This document shows, piece after piece, positions 22,801 through 28,800 of a stretch of DNA of 57,362 nucleotides. Under the pieces are notes generated by a model. The model was not told the origin of the DNA, did not search any database, and was given only the letters and a program-made list of their open reading frames with translations. The stretch's first letter is position 1; each line of letters begins with the position of its first letter. The stretch comes from Macrostomum lignano (Eukaryota). The translations under genes were made by a program, and so were the position numbers. The stretch is taken from positions 1 to 57,362 of the forward strand of contig NIVC01004162.1 in assembly GCA_002269645.1 (NCBI GenBank), written 5' to 3'.

Positions 22801-25800
22801 TATGAATCCTTCAGTCTTATTTTACCTGTACCCGAATTATCCTGTTTAATATCAACACACTTAAACTTCTCCTTGTTCTCTGCGATGCAGTCAAGGTGTA
22901 TGTCTGGAATCATGCCGATTTTTTCAACTATTAAATGCATGTCATAGTTCTTTGCGTTGTGACAAAATATCGTTAGATCATGAATGTTCGATTTTAGCTT
23001 TAGATTACAGGTGTTATGCGCTGCACCTCTAAATTTCCCAGTAAAGTGGCAGTGGTCCCTAACGGTGGGGTTTTTAATATTAGTGCAAGTTAAATGTTTC
23101 CTGCAGATGTGGCAATGAGTTGCTGATAGGAAATTGCTTTCATCCTCCTCAGACATACTTATTGGAATAGGTTGAAGGGTGCTAATCACTCTTTGCAACT
23201 CTAACATTCTGGCAATAAACTGCTCCACACACTGCTCTCCAAAGAAATAATTAGACTCAACAAGTCCTTTTGTAGTAATACGAGCTAAAGGCATATGCTA
23301 CTGAATTGGGGACATGTTTTTGAGTTTGAGTTTGTTTTTGTGTTTCCGGCACGATTGAGCATTCAAAATCAGCATATACAACAAATGGGAGCTTCTCCAT
23401 CTTGTGATAGTTCTTAAACCGGAGATACTTCTCTTCAGCTGAAGGAAGAGAGCAGTTTGTCGGGTGATCCTCGCATGATAATTCATGCTCTGTTAGCTTT
23501 TCAAAGCGTTCAGGTCCACTGTAATGCTTAAGGCACAAGCGGCAGATGGCAACAGCCTCGTGATGATTATTCAACTGCTTGTGAATGAGTCTTGAAAGAT
23601 CTTTAACCCAAACATAGTGAGCCTCCTCTAGTAAATTACCAATCACTAGAAGATCCACTTCAGTCCGCCTTTTCCCCTCAGGATCTAAAACGTCTTTGCT
23701 ACATCTGACCGGTTGAACTTTTTTCAGTTTTCTCACTCCACTCAAAGACTGTGATTCTAATTTTGTTATTAAACACTTCTTCTAGCTTTGGGATCTGAGA
23801 GATCGCCAAGCCTCCTTTGTCAAACCTGATTCCCTTCTTTTCGCATTCGATGAGATAGTAGTTGAAATAATTTTGATAATTTGAGGTTCTTTCGGGGTGG
23901 TGAGGGACACTATCATAAAGAAGTGCAGAAAGAACTGCCCATAGAGCACAGCAATTGTCTTTATTTTTAACATTTATGCAAGCTTTTTTGCCGGCTAGCT
24001 TGTATGGGAGCTCTATATAAGAGGAGGCTTTAAGTGGGTCATATTTCATGACCATGACAGTCGCTCTTTGAATCCCTCCCACGACCCATCCGGAACCTCT
24101 GGATGTAAACGCTTCAATTTTCTTATTGACATCTTGAAGGAAAGGATCCAGTGTGTCTGTTGGGGTGAATGGCTTTGCCTTTGTTGTCATGTAATACTCG
24201 AGATGCTCAGTGGGTTTTGCAGGCATATAAAACGCAATCTTGAATGATATCTGTAGTTTAAAAGTCTTGCGTGTTTTGAGTGTGTGATCAACAACTGATT
24301 GGATGCTGTCTTTATAGTCGTAGATGTTTGCGGTGGTACCGTTGGTGCCGTTAATTGGGATTGTGTACTCTATGTAATGTTCTGTAAACTTCCTCTGTGC
24401 AAAATTAATCTCTTCAGTGGCAAGCTCCGACTCTTTTAAATGGATTAATTGCTCTAATTTCTCTTGTTCCTGCTTATTTTGTGGGTACTTTGCTTTTTCA
24501 CCAGTGAGAGTTTCGTATTTGTTAACTAAGTTGCGACTCTCTCTTGGTGTTCTTTGCAGGATTTTGATAGGCACATACTGGTTGGATTCTAATTGTTGAT
24601 GATTTCCAACTGTTTTTCATAGCTTCCCAGGTGACCGGGGTCGGTGTTAAACTTTTGTTTACATGCTTCTCTTAGTAAATTACTTTTGTCTTGAAATGAG
24701 ACGCCTTTTGAAAAATGTTTGTTGACTAAATCTTTTGCTGGATTAGCTTTTGGCATTTTTTTCTCTAAAATAAAACAAATTTTTGAGGGTGACCACCCTG
24801 ATAGAAAAGTTGAACTGTTTCTACATCCTATAAGTAGCGCTAGGTTTATGAAGCTGGATAAAGTGGGGTTTAAAACCTCATCACATGCGCATTATTGTAA
24901 ACCCAGCATTGTGCAGTGTCATGATTGCTTTGACAATGTCAGACTTGCTTACAGAATTTTCATTCTCACAATCATCACGATCGGGGCAGGCCTCTCCTGC
25001 CTTAATTGTTATACCTTTGTCTCTTGCAATCTTTTGCAATTCCAGCTGGTGGGCTCTATCATTCCCAGCTTTAACAGCAGTTGCTACACCTCCAGCTACA
25101 CCACCTGCGGCACTTACAGCGCCTGCAATGATCGGAATAAGAGCTGCTAATGGTAGGATTCCTCCTGACTTTTCATCTGTGATGCTGTGTCTTTGCTCAT
25201 TACACTGAAGTATTTGCTGCGTGGGATCGATTTTTACTTTGGCACCTTTAATTGATATAATACCTGGTTTCTTTGATTCAATGATTTTATTGAGTTTATT
25301 GATGGTTCTGGTTTCAATCTTTGTCATTTTTTATTTTAATATTTTAATTAATTTCTGTGTCAGCTGGTATCACTAGGAGTTCAGCTCTAGTGAATGACCG
25401 CGTGGGGGATTTAGGGTTAAAGGCTTGAGATAAAAAGTAATAGTCACCGGAGTCGGAGGTAAAATGTCTGTCTATTTTATGCACATCAAGGCTGAAGTAT
25501 GGATCTGTAGCTCTTCTTTTGGTGTCCTTCTCTAGCTCTCCAGGTAGATATAAAAAGCGTAGAAACTCAGAGTTTGTCAGTATGTATGGTGATTCAACTC
25601 CTGGAAGCTTAGGGTAGTTCGAGGTGTGTTTTGTGTTGTGTGTGTTGTGTGGGGTGGTCGTGTTGTTGTCTGTTCTATGAGATGCCTTAAGTTCGACAGT
25701 GTCTTGTTTAATTGCATGGGATGGTTTCAATCCAGTCATGCGTGTGACTTCATTGTTCAGTTGCTCTATAACAGTGGGGAGTCTATCTGTCCACTTGGTA

Positions 25801-28800
25801 TAGTACTGCCCCGCACTCAGTTTGAGTTCTTGCGCTGTCTGCTTAGTGAATAGTCTCTTGGCTAGAGTTAGATTGAATCTTTCCACAAAAGCCTGGTCTC
25901 TGTGGAGCTCAGTTCTGCCATAGCGAATCTCTGTGTTTTTCTTTTCCATAAGGGATTTCACTACACCCATGAATTCCTTACCCGGGTCGGTCATAAAGAT
26001 TTGGGGGTATGTGAGCGGAGAGTTTTTATAAATATCTTGGAGGGCGGCTGCAACTGCTTCTGACTTCTTCGTCTTAAGCGGTCTCGCTTCCTTATATCTG
26101 GAGGCAACGTCTGTAATTGTAAGAGCATACTTGTAGCCTGAGTCGTTGGGGAGAAACAAAAGATCTGCTTGGTGCGCTTCATTAGGTTTATAAATACTGA
26201 AATGGGGCCTTTCAAATTTTACTGGTGGGAAATAGACTTGAAAGACAGCCTGCTTAGAGAGCCATTTTTCTACTGTAGCTTTTGGCTCCTTACTCAGCTC
26301 CATGAGTTTACTAACGGCATTTTTTGCCTACAAAGAATCCTTTGTCGCTGTAGTAGAGTTTTTTAAGTTTCTGATCTGTCATTTATTTAAAAAGAAAATT
26401 TTAAATAAAATAATGCAACGCTCTGGTGGTAAAATAGATTCACATGGACTGATAGAAAAGCTTCCTCATCCAAACAAAGGCTGGACACTTCCCGGCTATA
26501 AATATTGCGGGCCTTTGAATCCTCTTGAAATACAGTTAGATAAAAACAATAATCCAAATCCTGGGCATGAGCCTGTGAATGAGCTAGACTCTGTCTGCAT
26601 GTGGCACGATGTTAAATATAGAGATTTTCCTGAGGAGAAGAATCGCTGGGACAAAGAAATGCTTAAGAGACTAGACAATATAGGGGCTTCAAGCGGATTT
26701 CGTGAGTCGATCGCTCGGAAGCTAGTTAAAGCTGTTATTTTTAGTAAGACAAAACTGGGGTTGGGGGTGTACGCCGAGGGCGGGTGTTTGGGGAGAGAGG
26801 GCGAGTGCACGGGGAGAGAGGGCGAACGCACGGGAGCAGAGTTTATTTTGTGCGCTCCTAACAATGAATTGGGAAGACTGCTGAAAGAGCTGGGGGTAGA
26901 AAGGGGCGCTTGAATCGGGAAGGGCATGAGCAAGTGTGGATTTGAGTAAGTACAGTTTTTTATTCCCTAAAGAGTTGCGCACAAGATAGATTCTCATTCT
27001 CCAGAGAGCTAAGAGCAGAAAATAAAAAAGTCAACCGCTTCGCTCCCATTAGCATGCATGGACTGTGTATGTTGAGATTCCCTCCTTGATTGATATTGAT
27101 TATTGGCCAAATTGCGAGGCCAGTTGGCCCGCCGAGTTGGCCTCGGCCCGCCGATTTGGCCTCGGAATGTGGCCCGCCTAGTTGGTCTATACGGTATGAA
27201 TATCTAAAAATAGCCTACGAGTATGAGCGTATAAATTCAAGGAAGAACTGTGCACGTCTCGCCACACTTGGCACATGCCTTCTCTTTCGACTCTCAAGGA
27301 ACGTGTTATTGCATTGAAACGGAAACAAAATAGTAAACTAGGACCCCTCACAGCCAGCCACAGAAAATCTGACTTCAGAAGGATTAATATAGAAGTATTT
27401 CTACAAGAAGAGGAGCCGCAATATAAGGAAAACGAACTATTTTTGCAACGTCTTCGGGAGTATCGATCCTCGCGAAATAAACTTCACCATCTAGAAGAAA
27501 CCGTTCGTACACAAACTAGATTCAATCAAGAAAGACGTGCGGAAGAAGAGGAAGCGGATAATATCCGCTTCCAAGAGGCCGATCCACCACTGCCTAACCA
27601 TCCGCCTGTGGAATCGCCGGCGTTAACAAATTTGCCACCGCCACCGACGACATGGCTTCAACCGCCAACCCAACTGGCCGCGTCGCAGCCTGGTCTATCA
27701 CAACCACCGATCCAGCCGAAGGCTGAGCCAATGGTTACGGATTGGTCAAATTCTGGAGGGCTGTGCCCCTATTGTCAACACGAACCACAATATCCTGTTT
27801 TTACTACATGTTGCAGGGGCGTCTTCTGCAACCAGTGTTTGACAACCGCACTTGCTCAGGGTGAGCAAACCTGTCCTCTCTGCAGGAGCCCCAGAGAACA
27901 AGTGTAACTGTAACTTTTTTACTCGAGCATACTACTGAACTATGTTGATTAAACTGGAGGTGAAAGGTTTTTTCCTAGAAGTCGAGATAATTATTTCTTT
28001 AAACTTTTTACTCGAGCATACTACTGAACTATGTTGATTAAACTGGAGGTGAAAGGTTTTTTCCTAGAAGTCGAGATAATTATTTCTTTAAACTTTTTAC
28101 TCGAGCATACTACTGAACGGTACATAAATACACTCGTGTGTCATCGATGGCGATCTGTTATTTGAAAAGTGACAGATCATGTTCGAAGTTTTCGGAGCAA
28201 GTAGGACACCTGTTATGCTCTGATTCTGTCAGGGATAATATGGATGGATTTAATAGGATTATGGAGGATGTTTTGTGAGCGAGTGCGACCCCCCTTTTTT
28301 CTGATTCTGTCAGGGATAATATGGATGGATTTAGGTGGATTATGGAGGACGTTTTCGGAGCGAGTGCGACCCCCCTTTTTTTCTGATTCTGTCAGGGATA
28401 ATATGGATGGATTTAATGGGATTATGGAGGACGTGAAAAATTTTGTCCCAAAAGCCCCCTCATGCCTTCTACTGAACTCTATCAATGACCACTTTCGACG
28501 AAAATTAGACGAAAAACTTAGACGAAACGGATCGCCTCCTGAAGAGTAATCTTGAAAGAAATTTAGCGCGGACCTCTTACCTAATGCCTGTGTTAAATAG
28601 TTCTATTTCTAACATCTGTACACTTATTCACGGTTAAAGCCTCTTGACTCAATGCTTTTGACCAGTTTGCAAATTTGAACCGAGAACAGTTTGAAACTGG
28701 CCCCATCAGCAAATCAAAAGTTCAGAAGGCGTGTGCGGTGTCCTTCTACAACAGCAGCGTTCAAAATTGAAGCCTTAGAAACCTACGGCAGAGTGGGACG

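Larger units (their letters stand above)
11757..28473. mobile_element. Full-length Polinton/Maverick (adintovirus-like endogenous virus), 16,717 bp
   Basis: Ends 5'-AGTAGA...TCTACT-3', TIRs, perfect 6-bp TSD GAACTC at 11751-11756 and 28474-28479, and the pPolB, integrase, protease, ATPase, major and minor capsid gene set. Confidence 0.97.
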
